Below, in pieces: positions 12,535 through 25,069 of a stretch of 64,000 nucleotides of DNA. This DNA is from Mobula hypostoma (taxonomy: Eukaryota): assembly GCF_963921235.1 (NCBI RefSeq), contig NC_086108.1, forward strand, positions 47,618,001-47,682,000. The letters run 5' to 3'. The position numbers and the translations under genes are program-made. Within the stretch, counting starts at the first letter, position 1, and each line of letters begins with the position of its first letter. The notes under the pieces were generated by a model. It did not search any database and was not told where the DNA came from. It worked only from the letters and a program-made list of their open reading frames with translations.

Positions 12535-14996
12535 CTGAAATATTTGAAGAGCAGACTGAACTTTTTCAAGTAAAAAAATCACTGCTGATGTTGGTTAAAG
12601 AAGTATTATTTTTTTCCCCAAAAAACAAATACAGAAATTCATATTGTCAGTTTCTGAAAATGATGAATGGATTAATATTGTGATTCCAAGGGAGGGTTAT
12701 ACCAAAATGCTGTTTTATTAATATAACAGTTAACTAGTGATATGATGACTAGCTATGTGAAACAAAATGCCTTCAAACTAGTACATTTTGTGAAATGGTT
12801 TATCCCCTACTCTTCAATCAAATTTCAACCTAATCCAAACATTATAACTACAACAGGCTCATACCTTACCAGTCTAGTTATTTCTTGCAGGTTTTCCAAA
12901 CTCCAAATTCCCTCTCTTCTAGACACACTCAGTAATAATTCGGGGTTTTGTTTTTAAGTCACAAACATACTGATGTGTTGTAATTGCTAAATCCGAAATT
13001 TTCATTCACACTAACTAACGTGCCCAATAGCTCTGCACCTTCTGATCTTAGAAACACACATCCTTTCCCACTCCTCCCCCCAAATAATTCACCACTCAGG
13101 CTCTAGTGATCCAACTGTAGCTCCTTCCTAACAACTTCATAGAGAAAAAACATTTGTTATTCTTGGAAATCTTAATACCAATTCCCTTCCATCCTTATTC
13201 ACTTCCATTTTCTTCTTTCCTTTCAGGGTCAGGCTCAAGACCATTTATTCTTCAAAATCATCAGAATCATTTATCTACATTTAACTTAAGTGAGCCACTG
13301 GATTGTATTTCTTGTGATCCTCGTCTTGCTGAATTCTGATTATCAGATAATTCAAAATTGTATACTCCTAAAAGAAACTGCATTTTTAAATAGGCTGAAA
13401 ATTTGATACTTAAATACATTATAAAATTGATCAATTAAAATATTTTTGAAATATGAATACTGAAACACAAATCTTAAAATATATTATCTTCTGTTGGGTT
13501 CCAAACATTCTACAATAGAGTTATCTTTTACTGAAATATTGATCTGTGGCAACAGTCATGGAAAAGCTACTATGTTATGGTCCTAAAAGTTACATACAAC
13601 ATGGTGTCATCCTTTCTTCTCTCCTCCCACTCATCCTTCGCCCAAACCTGTTTGTACGATGATTTCCTCTGCCACCCATTCAGTTTAGTTTCCTTCTGTC
13701 TGTGTTATCGATTCTGTTTTTAGTAGTTCCAACCAGCTGCAATTCTCCACAAATCACTTCATGGTAATGCAGCTTCAAACATTGCGCCCAATTTCGGTTA
13801 ACACAATTGTCTAAGATATTAAAAACTGGCAAATAAATCTAGCAGGGAAAATGTTCACTTGTCGTTAACTTGTAAAATGTCTTTATTTAGCTAAATTAAT
13901 TCACCATGATCATGCAGAACAAAAGCAGGGGGAAAAGCAGCAAATAGTAAAAAATAATCCAAAGAAAATTCTTCAGCGTTTTTATTGTATTATAATTTAA
14001 CCCATTTTGTCGATTAAAACACATAATAGTATCAATGTAATTTAGTCTAATTTTCTATGTCTTTAGTTGTATCCCACATTTCTGACAGTTCTAGTGTAAT
14101 CGTGGGATTAAGCATCTTCATCCATGTGTCAGACACTCAAACTAATTCCATCACAACAGAGACACTGCGGACATTGTGAAAGAAAAATTGCGAGCTACCG
14201 TTCCCATAAAAAAAAGTTGAGACCCAGATACAAAATCAAGCAAAATATACGGAAGCTTAAAATTATTTTCAAGTCTCCATGACAACTAAGAGCAAATAGA
14301 TTTACAGCAATAAAACAAATATGATAAAAAGTAAACAATCCACCAAAAGAAAGCAAATGTCATGTATAGGATATTAACGGCATCTAAAGATGTTGTGAAG
14401 CACAAGGAGAAAAAATACGGGACTTGGGAGGTGGGGATGAAATCAAATGTTCGTAAATAGGAGACTTCACTTCGGTCGCTCCTAATGCGCCCTGTTCTAC
14501 ATTGTTTGAAAAACTTTTAACACAATTGATCGGGCGCATCCTATAATTGCAACCTCGTCAAAATTCACCCCAAAGTATTTCAAACATATATAGTGAAACG
14601 AGATGTCAGTAAGTAACAAGAACAGATTACTTGTTTTAAAATGCAAGATAAACTATTGAACTATTGATCGTCCTATAAAAGGTATAAAACATTTTAATTG
14701 TGGAAATATAATCATAAGGAACATTTGCTGATTTTCACTAACGTGTGCCTCACATGCCCACTGACTGCACACCCGGTTTGAATTCTGGTGCTTATCTCCC
14801 GGAGAGCCTGTCTGTCAGCTCCGTTACCAGGATCAGGCCCTAAGACGGAGCTCTGCGGTCAGGCCCTCAAACTAACTCCATCACAACAATGTACAGATGC
14901 AAACATGGTAAAAGAAAAAATGTGGTCTACTATTCTCTTCTAAAGAAGCTGAGGCCCAGATATAAAATTAAACAAACAAGTTTTCGATTCTCTTAC

Positions 14997-15057
14997 TTAA
15001 ATTTCTATTTGAGGCAGTGTCCTCCTGGTGCAGCTCCTCCGCTCGATGCTCCGCCAT
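14997..15057 (-). CDS. TRMT1L: TRMT1L first coding exon (61 nt): MAEHRAEELHQEDTASNRNL
   Basis: Strong start context AACATGGCGG inside the CpG-rich patch. Donor GTAAGA, phase 1, joins downstream exons in frame. Confidence 0.85.
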
Positions 15058-15200
15058 GTTACCAACGGTGACGTTCGATAAATAAGAGGGAGGAGAGGCG
15101 AAGTGCCAGCCCTGCGCCTGCGCCTTTTGCGAAGGACATGTTGGGAAATGTAGTCCTTTCCGTTTTCGCGGTGGGAGAACCTCTGGAGGGATTCTTGTTC
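15040..15200. promoter_or_regulatory. Bidirectional CpG-rich promoter shared by TRMT1L and SWT1
   Basis: ZNF143/THAP11 SBS-type GACTACATTTCCCAACATG (- strand, 15137-15155), NRF1-like TGCGCCTGCGC (15113-15123), E2F-like TTTTCGCGG (15163-15171), CRE half-site TGACGT (15069-15074), YY1-like CCGCCATGTT (15051-15060). Confidence 0.8.
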
Positions 15201-15326
15201 CACTAATGCCTTATCTAACTGAAACATTTGATTTTCTGAGGAGAAGGCAGTTTTATTTGAAACGTTAATACTTCGCATAGTCCCATTCGAGCAGTTGAAG
15301 TGGGCGTCTCATTAGATACATCTGTG
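15180..15326 (+). other. SWT1: Putative non-coding exon 1 of SWT1 (start approximate)
   Basis: Consensus donor TG|GTAAGT at 15327 just downstream of the promoter. The first coding exon has an acceptor 11 nt before its ATG, so an upstream 5' UTR exon is required. Confidence 0.55.
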
Positions 15327-16189
15327 GTAAGTATAAATGGAGGTTGTAATTTCTGAAGCAGAACAACTCTGGTTTTGGTTGTGGGCCTGCGATGCTGGAT
15401 CACACCTGATGCCGTCCCGTACCTACTGAATCTGCCGGAATCTCCACAACGCTTGACAGAATGACAGAAAATCCCGAAATCCCCAGCTAGTCAGACATTT
15501 GGGTATGGAAACAAGTTTAGCATTCATCAACATTTTATACGCCGCCTAAATCAACCTCTTGAATATTCACATCTTTTTGAACTAATTTTAAAATAGAGAA
15601 ATAAATCCGAGAAACAGTCAGAGTAGATGATCAACTAGATCTTCTGGAGACTCCTTGCCCTCAATGATGAAAATGGTCTGATGTTTACTGTATTTTTTAA
15701 CTTCCTATTTCATAATTCAGTCAGTTAGACAACTTTTATTTAGAGATACAGTCCGTGCCGTCCAATTACACTTGTGACCAATTAACCTACTAACCCGTTA
15801 GTGGAGCACCCAGAAGAAATTCATGTGGTCACAGTGAGAACATACAAACTCCTAGACAGCGGCGGAATTGAACCTGGATCACTGGACCTGTAGTAGTGTG
15901 AACGCCAACCGCCATGTTACATGTCGAGCAGTCTCTGTGAGGTGTGTATGGGTGATGGAACTTGGTGGGAGGAGGGAAAGAAACTGGGTATCAAGGAGCT
16001 GGGGATGAGGCTAGCTTGGGGGTGGGGGGTGGAGAAGGGTGTGGGACCAATTGGAATATATGATCTGGGTGGACCAGAAGAAAAGATAAAGTAATAGCTG
16101 AGTTGCAGTTAGTTACCTTCAGTTAGAGAATTCTGTGTTCATTTAGTGAACTGACTCCATTCCTTCTATTTATTTATTGAAATAGGGTG

Positions 16190-16692
16190 CGGTTGTGCTG
16201 AAACTGTGGAGGGTTCAAAGGAGGTTCATGAATATGATTCCAGGATTGAATGGCTTGTCATGAAGAGCGTTGGATGGCTCTAGGCCTATTTACTAGAATT
16301 CAAAAAAATGAGGGGTAACCTCATTGAAACCTATTCAATGGTGAAAGGCTTTGATTGAGTGGATGTGGAAAGAATGTTTCCTATAAAGGGAGAGTCTAAG
16401 ACCAGAGGACACAGCCTCAGAATAGAGGGGTGTCCTTTTAGAACAGGGATGAGGAGGAATTTCTTCAGCCAGAGTGGTGAATATGTGGAATTCTTTGCCA
16501 CAGGCAGCTGTGGAGGCCAAATCTTTATATATATTTAAGACCAAGATTGATAGATTCTTGATTAGTCAGGACATGAAGGAATATGGGGAGAAAGCGGGAG
16601 ATTGGGGCTGAGAGGAAAAATGAATCAGCCAGGATGAAATGATGAGCAGACTTGATGGGCCAAATGGCCTAATTCTAATCCTGTATCTTATG
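16190..16692 (+). mobile_element. CR1 LINE 3' end, apparently nested in a SINE
   Basis: Typical CR1 3' region (AGAGTGGTGAATATGTGGAATTCT, GATGGGCCAAATGGCCTAATTCT). SINE-like sequence on both sides. Confidence 0.8.
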
Positions 16693-17309
16693 GAATGGGC
16701 CCTCTCAGCCCTTTGAGCCACTGCACAATCGCCAATATTTTTTTTCATTCTAGCCTAATCATGGGGCAATTTGCAATGACCAATTAACCTCTCAACCGGT
16801 ATGTCTTTGGACCATGGGATGAAACCAGAGCACCTGGAGGAAACTTACAGGCAGCAGCGGGAATTGTACCCAGCTTGCCTGCACTGTAAAACGTTGGGCT
16901 AATCACTCCTCCTCTTCCTGTTGCTTTAGGGGTTTCCAACAACTTAGACAAGGGCCCAGGCCTCTCGATCCATTAGTTTAGTTTTAAACTTGAAAACCAT
17001 CTTCGAGGATCATGTAAAGGCTACTGTCAACTTTGCATTAGTAGATAACATAAACTACCACATATCTACATTCAAATTCTTCAATAACAACTGGAATATA
17101 TAACCAACCCTAAAAACAATTGTGTCAGCTCAACTCTAAATGGCAAACGTACTAGATGACACAAAAATACCCAACCACAACCTAATAACTAACTAATGCC
17201 AGTGAAGAAGACCCAGCTGTTAAGCTTCCAAGGAAATTCTGGAGCCATAAAGAGGCTGAGCACGGGATGTGCTCTACATGAGGAACATGACTATAGACAT
17301 ATTAAACTC

Positions 17310-17600
17310 CTGCACTGACAGATCCATTCCTGGTGACATCACCACCTTCAGACTGGTTGCATCATCACCTGGTATGCAGGCTCTGATTTGCAGGATTAAA
17401 AGAGGCTTTTGAGGGCTGTAGTCTCAGCCCAGCGCCGTCGTGGGCACAGCCTTCCCCACTATTGAGAATAACTTCCAAAGGCAGTGCTTCAAGAAGGTGG
17501 CGTCCATCATTGACCCTCACTATCTTGGGGCATGTCTTTTTTTCATTACTACCACCTAAAGGAAGGAGGTACAGAAGCCTGAAGATCCACTTACTGAAGA
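17310..17600 (+). mobile_element. Rex1/Babar LINE fragment
   Basis: Similar to 22040-22270 (GACTGGTTGCATC..., GGAAGGAGGTACAGAAGCCTGAAG). Confidence 0.55.
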
Positions 17601-18179
17601 TAGTGATTGTGTGAGGCAATCAATATAATATGCATTGATCTGGTCCAGCTGAAAATTTAAAGAAAAAATTGTTCTGCATCAATATTTGTTGAAAAGGGGA
17701 TCATGGGTTTCAGGGAGATCTTGGACTGACTAGGGAAGAGTTGAGAAGGCAGTTTAAGGACTGTGAAAGCAAATTGTACAATGCATTTCATTTCTTGCCC
17801 ACTAACCCACTCTTGATTTGGTTTAGTTTAATTTGCAAAATTTTGATGAAAGAACTATATGATCATAGAAATTTTCTTATCATCTTGCATCTTCTCTTAC
17901 CTTTTTGTATTTGAAATGACATGGGAGGGGGTTACTTTCCATAGGGGTCTATGGCAGCTACCAGGGAAAAATATAGTGCTCTCATTTTTTCCTACTTATG
18001 ACTTTGTCAAAAGCATTTCCAAAGTCGAAATAAAACTAAGACACTGAAGCAGAATTAGGCCCTCTGGCCTATTGAGTCTCCTCTGAAATTCCATCATGGC
18101 TGATTTATCCTACTTATCCCATTCTCCTGCCTTTTCCCCATAAACTTTGACACTCTGACTAATCAAGATCCTATCACCT

Positions 18180-20022
18180 TGGACGGAGGTGTTGGAAATG
18201 GATCAGGTAAATTTGAGGGCATGGTGGAAGTTGGAGGCAAAGTGGGTGATGTCGATGAGTTCAGTATGGGTGCAGGAAGCAGCACCAATGCAGCCATTGA
18301 TGTAATGTAGGAAAAGTGGTGGATGGCCACATAGACTGTTCCATGTAGGCGACAAACAGGCAGGTATAGCTGGGACCCATGCGAGTGCCCATGGCTATAC
18401 TTTTCATGTAGCCAACAAACAGGCAGATATAGCTGGGACCCATGCCATGTAGCCGGCAAACAGGTTGGTGTAGCTGGGTCCCATACAATGTAGCTGTCAA
18501 ACAGGCAGGCATGTTTTATAATTTCACTTTTAATGTCACTCCTAATAATTTCTCCTTTGGCTCCTCCCACTTCTTTCAAACAAAAGATGTAGAGTGCTTC
18601 CTGCACTCAATGCAGAACTTGTCAACTTCATCCACTTTGCCTCCAACTTTCACCCTGCCCTCAAACTTACCTGTCCATTTCTGACATCTCACTCCCCTTT
18701 CTCAATCTAAATGTGGAGACAGCTTATCTACTGATGTCTATTATAAACCCACAGACTCTCACAGCTACCTGGACTATATCTCCTCCCACCCTGTTACTTG
18801 TAAAAACGCCTTCCCCTTTTCTCAATTTCTCCATCTCCACATCTGCTCTCAGGATGAGGCGCTTCATTCCAGAACGAAGCAGATGTTTTCCTTCAAAGCA
18901 AGGGGCTTCCCTTCCTCCACCATCGACACTGCTCTCAACCGCATCTCTTTCATTTCACACACGTCTGCTCTCACCCCTTCCTCCTGCTACCCTACCAGGG
19001 ATAGGGTTCCTCCCATTCTCACCTACAACCCCATGAGTGGCTGTGTCCAGCACGTAATTCTCCGAAACTTCCGCCATCTCCAAAGGGATCCCACCACCGA
19101 GCACTCTTGCCCTCCTCCCCTCTCCCACTTTCTGATTTCTGCAGGATTAGCTCCCTACGTGACTTCCTTGTCCATTCGTCCCTCCCCACAGATCTCCCTC
19201 CTGGTACTTGCTCTTGCAAGCAGATCAAGTGCTACACCTCCACCCTCCGTACCATTCAGGGTCCCAAGCAGTGCTCCCAGGTGAGGCGACACTTCACCTG
19301 TGAGTCTTTTGGGTCATATCCTATGTCTGGTGCTCCTTGTGTGGCCTCCTATGTATCGGTGAGACCCGATGTAGATTGGAAGACTGCTTTACTGAGCGTT
19401 ACACTCCGCCTACCAGAAAAAGTGGGATGTCCCAGTGGCCACCCATTTTAATTCCACTTCCCATTCTCATTCCAATGTGTTGATGGTTGGCCTCCTCCAC
19501 TGTCGTGATGAGGCCACACTCAGATTGGAACAACACCGTGTATCCTGTCTGGGTAGCTTCCAACCTGATGGCGTGAACATCGATTTCTCAAACTTCCAGT
19601 AATGCCCTTCCCCCCCCCCACTCCTTTACCATTCGCCATCCCCTTTTCCCTCTCTCACCTTATCTCCTTGCCTGCCCATCACCTTCCTCTGGTGCTCCTC
19701 CCCCCCTCCCTTTTCTTTCTTCCATGGCCTTCTATCCCCACCTATCAGACTCCCCCATCTCCAGCCCTGTATCCCTTTCACCAAACAACTTCCCAGCTCT
19801 TTATTTCACCCCTCCCCCTCCAGGTTTCACCTATCATCTTGTTTCTCGCCCTGCTCTTTCTTCCCCCCCCTCTTTCTCCCCCCCCCCCCACCGGACTTTT
19901 AATTCTACTCCTCACCTTTTTTCTCCAGTCCTGCTGAAGGGTCTTGGCCTGAAACATCAACTACTCTTTTTCCACAGATGCTGCCTGGCCTGCTGAGTTC
20001 CTCCAGCATTTTGTGTTTGTTG
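18180..20022 (+). mobile_element. Penelope-like element (RT end, GIY-YIG region, pyrimidine-rich tail), 5' part rearranged
   Basis: AMGTRMGPSY.CLFV is on the - strand. TDVYYKPTDSHSYLDY.SSHP, GIY-YIG-region remnants, PVATHFN and the terminus GATGCTGCCTGGCCTGCTGAGTTCCTCCAGC are on the + strand. Confidence 0.85.
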
Positions 20023-21009
20023 CTGGGAGCAAAGGATGTTGGGAATGGTGAGTGTGGAGTGCAGCAGGAGGAGTGTGGGACAGGTAGCAGCAGAGTGCTA
20101 GGGTGGGGGGGAACATTAGTGCAGGTGCAGACACACCCAGCCCTGAGACACCAGAGCAAGGTAATTTGATTCTAAACAATTGGTGTATTGATAATTACAG
20201 AATGTCTCTCTGGTGCTTCCTGTTCCCTCCCCCTTTTCCCAACCATATTGCCCTCTCCCTGTCCCCTTCCCACTATCAGTCCACAATAGAGACCCATATC
20301 AGAATCAGGTTTATCATCACTCACATAGGTCAAGATTTTTTTTACAGCAGTAGTACAATGCAGTACATAAAATTACTACTATACTGTGCAAAAGTCTTGA
20401 GGCTGATTTATACTTGTGCGTCAACTCAATGCCGTAGGTATGGCGTCGCTGCAAACCCTACGTGGATCCCTACACTGTAGCCTGACACGCACCTCTCCCA
20501 AAATGTAACTACGTGTTACAGCAACGTAGACCGCAACAACTGTGATTGGTCTGCCTGGTAGCATCGCATTTCCTCCTACGCTGCAATACCTTCCCATTGG
20601 CTGACCAAAGGGCAGGGAAGGAACTCTGGCTGCAATGCTTTCCATAAAGCTTTACAGACCTCCAAAATTATGGGGACACGTTTCGCTTTTACGAAAAAAG
20701 TCGCTCGCTTTAAACTTGTTTACCCCGAGAAAGACTACCATGTCCATGAAGCTTTGCACGGGCAGGTGTGTGCGCATGCGCGACATGCCCGAATTGCAGA
20801 GCGACGCAGGCACACCAACACACAAGTATAAATGCTCACAACGGCGTTGCCCACTTGTGTAGGTTACGGCGTTGAGTTGACACACAAGTATAAATCAGCC
20901 TTTAGGTACCCTTACTACATAGTTCCTATCCACCTATAGTTCCTTAGGTGTATATGTGTATGTACATTTGTATGTATATGTATATATCTAAGACTTTTGC
21001 TCAGTACTG
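20022..21009. mobile_element. Non-autonomous Tc1/mariner-like element (same family as 34141-34650 and 37160-37635), interrupted by a MITE
   Basis: Shared body (GCAAAGGATGTTGGGAAT..CCAGCCCTGAGACACCA) and TIR-like CAGTACTGTGCAAAAGTCTTAGGCAC. Confidence 0.7.
20400..20901. mobile_element. MITE with ~36-bp TIRs (AGGCTGATTTATACTTGTG..), probably PIF/Harbinger
   Basis: TIRs match with 2 mismatches. Flanks TTG and TTA fit a TWA-type TSD with one change. CpG-rich interior. Confidence 0.8.
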
Positions 21010-21699
21010 TGTCACATCTGTTTGTTTAAAAAATCCATGGTGGTTTTGAATGATCCTGTCACTATTTCCCAAATACTTTGCCAGTAAAATTTTAACAATA
21101 TACTGTAGAAAATATCATATTACTGATATCAGAGGCCTATAGTCCCCAGCTCTCTCAATTTTAATTGGTGAGTTACATTAACTCTGTTGCACTCCATATG
21201 AAATATCAAAAATGGCCATTCACAATTTCAGCCGTCACTTTCTCATGTACTTTGTAGATTATCTGGATGCTATCAGGGGATGCCTTTTGACTCAATCTCT
21301 GTTCTTTTCCCACAAGATTGGTTGTCAAGTATCTAAACTTGATTGAGGAGTAACTATTTTCTCAGATAAACACTGAAAGGCATAAATAGGTATCTTCAGT
21401 CTGTAACACATTCAGACCGCTTTCACTCAGTCATTTATCTGTTTTATTTTTTGACTGAACCAGCTGGTTTCTGATCATACAAACTGACAGTAGGCTAAAT
21501 TTCTCACTGCATATTTCTTCATTTTCAAAACAGTTATCTTTCTCAACCTGTCTAATTCTTAAATAGTCTTCACTGCCACTCCACACTTGTAGTGGCAGCT
21601 TGCTTTCCTTACCTCTGTGAATATAATTTCTTCCTCATTTATGATTGTGCGAAAATTCCAAAATTATTTTAGTTTTTGTGTCCCTGATTTTTCCAGAAT

Positions 21700-22590
21700 C
21701 AAAGATAGTGATGAATTGGCATACAGGAAGGAGAATGAAAATTTGTCTGAGTGGTAGCATAACAACAACCTCTCACTGAATATCAAGAAAACCAAGGAGC
21801 TGATTGTAGACTTCAAGGAGAGTGAAACCAGGGATCCGTGAACCAGTTCTCATCAGAGGGTCAGAGGTAGATAGGAACTTTAAATTCCTGGGCGTCACTA
21901 TTTTGAGGACCTGTCTTGGACCCAGCATGTAAGTGCAATTGCAAAGAAAGCACAGTAGGACCTCTACTTCTTTAGGAGTCTACGGAGATTCATCATGACA
22001 TGTAAAACTTTGACAAACTTCTACTGATGTGTAGTGGAGAGTGCATTGACTGGCTGCATCACAGCCTGGTGTGGACACCAATGTCTTTGAATGGAAAATC
22101 CTACAAAAGGTAGTGGATTTGACCCAGTACATCATGGATAAAGCCTGCCCAACCATTGAGACATCTACATGAAACGCATCTATCATCAGAGATCATCGCT
22201 ACCCAGGCCATGCTTTTTTCTCACTGCTCCCATCAGGTAAAAAGTACAAGAGCCTCAGGACTCATACCACCAGGTTCATGAACAGTTACTACACCACAAC
22301 CATCAGGCTCTTGAACAAAAGGGGATAACTACACTCACTTGCCCATTCATTGAGGTGTTCCCACAACCAATGATCTTACTTTAAGGACTCTATCTTCTTT
22401 CATGTTCTCGTTATTTATTGCTATTTATTTGCATTTGCACAGTTTGTTGCACAGTAGTTGATCTTTCATTGATCCTGTTAGAGTTACTATTCTATAGATT
22501 TGCTTAGTATGTCCGTAGGAAAATGAATCTCAGGGATGTAGCTGGTGACATTTATGCACTTTGATAATAAAATTTACTTTGCACTTTCAA
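21700..22590 (+). mobile_element. Rex1/Babar-type LINE, 5'-truncated
   Basis: Encodes remnants KTKELIVDF, FKFLGVTI and EDLSWT. 3' tail GATAATAAAATTTACTTTG. Confidence 0.8.
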
Positions 22591-22670
22591 ATAGTGTTCA
22601 AGATTGAGGTATATCATCTTAATGGCTGATGCAGAATAGTAGGTGGGAAAAGCAGATTTCTGTGTTCTTA

Positions 22671-22849
22671 CAACACACATCGAAGTTGCTGGTGGGCCAG
22701 GCAGCATCTCTACGAAGAGGTACAGTCGACGTTTCTCGGCCTGAAACGTCGACTGTACGTCTTCGTAGAGATGCCGCCTGGCCTGCTGCGTTCACCAGCA
22801 ACTTTGATGTGAGTTGCTTGAATTTCCAGCATCTGCAGAATTCCTCATG
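22671..22849. mobile_element. Fold-back PLE mini-element with 14-bp TSD
   Basis: Near-perfect palindrome centred at ~22738. TTTCTGTGTTCTTA is duplicated at 22657-22670 and 22850-22863. Confidence 0.85.
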
Positions 22850-23331
22850 TTTCTGTGTTCTTATTTGATTTTGTGACATGAGATTTTGTGGAATCGTGTA
22901 TGACTGCTTAGCACTCCTAGGATCATTCCATTCTGATTGTAAGTGTTGGCTGAAAAATATGAATTTGCTAGGAGGAATACATCAGTTTATTGTCTGATTA
23001 GAGTGAAGAACAGCTGGCTCAATTTTGGCATGCCCACAGAGGTTTGTGAAGTTGATTTTTGGAAGTTTGGCTGAAATGGACAGCAAGTGAGAACTTGCAG
23101 AAAATCTACTGAGATTTGTTTTTGCCATTTCTTTCCATGGAGCTAATTAGTCTAATGTGGTAGTGAAGGTAATGTCTATGAGAGGGCAGACTGAGGCCCA
23201 CCCATGAGATGACAAGAAAAAATGTCCTCTGATTTGGTCTGGATGGCCTAAAGAGCTAAGCAATGTTAAATATTTTTTAGAACTTCATAAACGTAACTGT
23301 TCTCAATAAATACAAAAAAATGAAACAGCTT

Positions 23332-23466
23332 CAAAAACAAGAGAGAATCTGCAGACGCTGGAAATCCGAGCAACACACACAAAATGCTGGAGGAACTCAA
23401 CAGGCCAGGCAGCATCTGTGGAAAAGAGTACAGTTGACGCTTCAGGCTGAGACCCTTCATCAGACT
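23332..23466 (-). mobile_element. PLE terminus with near-intact hammerhead motif (GAAA changed to GAAG)
   Basis: - strand reads AGT-CTGATGA-AGGGTCTCAGCCT-GAAG-CGTC-AACTG. Confidence 0.75.
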
Positions 23467-25069
23467 AAACAACTTATTTAAATATCAAAAAAGATTGGAA
23501 TGTATATTTTCATTATCAATTAATTGCAATTAAAAGATTAATGATAATTTATAAGTACTTTTAAATTAAGAAAATGTTAGAATATTAAGCCTCTCACATT
23601 TAACAAATAATTTAAAATTTGATGCAAGGGGACTCAGCCTTTCAATACAAATTCCCTCCATAGAAGTCTTCACGTGTGGGAAAATGTGTTCTTTCTAGGT
23701 TTTGGATCGACTGTAAAATCTTGTAGCAAGTGGTGGGTAATCTTCAGTGGTGGGTAATTATCCTAAGTTAATGCTGGCATGCTGAAGCATTGATTTTTGA
23801 CAATGGGCAATGAGTACTTTAACAGTGCTGCCTGCTGCTCTATGAGTTTGGGGCTGGAGAATGTGGGTGGAACAGTAAGAGTGGTCAGTCACTAATAGAA
23901 GTTGCAAGATTTCCATATTAAAGCCTGCACAGAGAAATTCAACATTGCTATCTTTTACAGTGGCATGTTGGTAAGCGTTGTTGCTACTTTTACCATTGTT
24001 ACTACTGAAAATTATGGGAGATATATTTTGTTTTGGAATAGTTTGATGTGGTTCTGTGCCTTGATAACCATTCTGAGAGAACCATCGCTGCTTGGTTTAA
24101 AATGAAAACTAAAAGCGCACAAGATCCAAGAAGAGTAGCAAAGTGATTCAGTGGTGCAAAACAGCATCCCATATGACTGTAATGATGTGAGCTGTGGTCT
24201 TCTGTAGTTGCATACCCCAGCATTTAGGTCAGTGAACAGTACCTCCTTTCATTTGAATAGGGAAGAACAGCTTCACGGGAGAAGGATAAATATTTGGTAG
24301 TGTTATTAAGGGACTCTGATAATCTGGTGTACAGCTGTTCAGAAATTCAGATTGTTTAGCATTTGTCTCACCATACTGTTTCGTAAGTACCCCATGATCC
24401 CAAGCCTTACCTGGGCCCTGCACTCCATCTGGGGTCTGTTTCCACTGTGCTCCCTTTAACATCTCCGGAACTTGGTTTTTCCTGTGGTCCCTTGGGATTA
24501 GGATATTTGGCCCATCAAGTCTGCTTCGCTATTCAATCATGACTGACTGATTTTTTTTTAACCCTGTTCTTCCACCTTCTCCCTTTAATTCTTAACCCCC
24601 TTACCAAGCAAGAATCTATCAATCTCTACCTTATATATTCAGTGATTTGACTGCACAGTTCTCTGTGGCAACAAATTCCACAGATTCAGCACCCTCATTT
24701 CTTCCTCATCTCTGTATTAAAGGGATTCTAATGCTGTGCCCTCAGATACTGCTCTCTCCTTACATGTCCACTCTTTCCAGTCCTTTCACTGTCTGCTAGG
24801 TTTCAAAGTATAACACCTCTGTGAAACATCTTTATTTTTTTTAGAAAAGTGAATTGAAGGTTTACTGATGTGCTCATAGGAATGATATCGAACAGTCTGC
24901 TTGTCTGGTACTTCTAAAGCTCTGAATGTCAGATTATTGAAATTTTACTGGGAGCATGTCATCAATTAATTGAGATTAGTTTAATGATTATAAGTGTGTT
25001 TTTAATTATTCTACATTGATTTAAATGTTAAGCTTTTAATTTGAATCAAAGAAATATCAGAATAGTGGT

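Noticed and set aside
12870..13367. 498-nt AG..GT-bounded segment on the - strand as another TRMT1L exon
   Set aside because: Splice sites look good and the length is a multiple of 3, but the required frame stops after ~32 codons. At best a decayed or poison exon, unsupported without RNA data.
18342..18512. Four spaced ~39-bp repeats resembling a CRISPR array
   Set aside because: Eukaryotic context, irregular tiny spacers, and the unit encodes PLE RT sequence (MGPSY.CLFV.YM).
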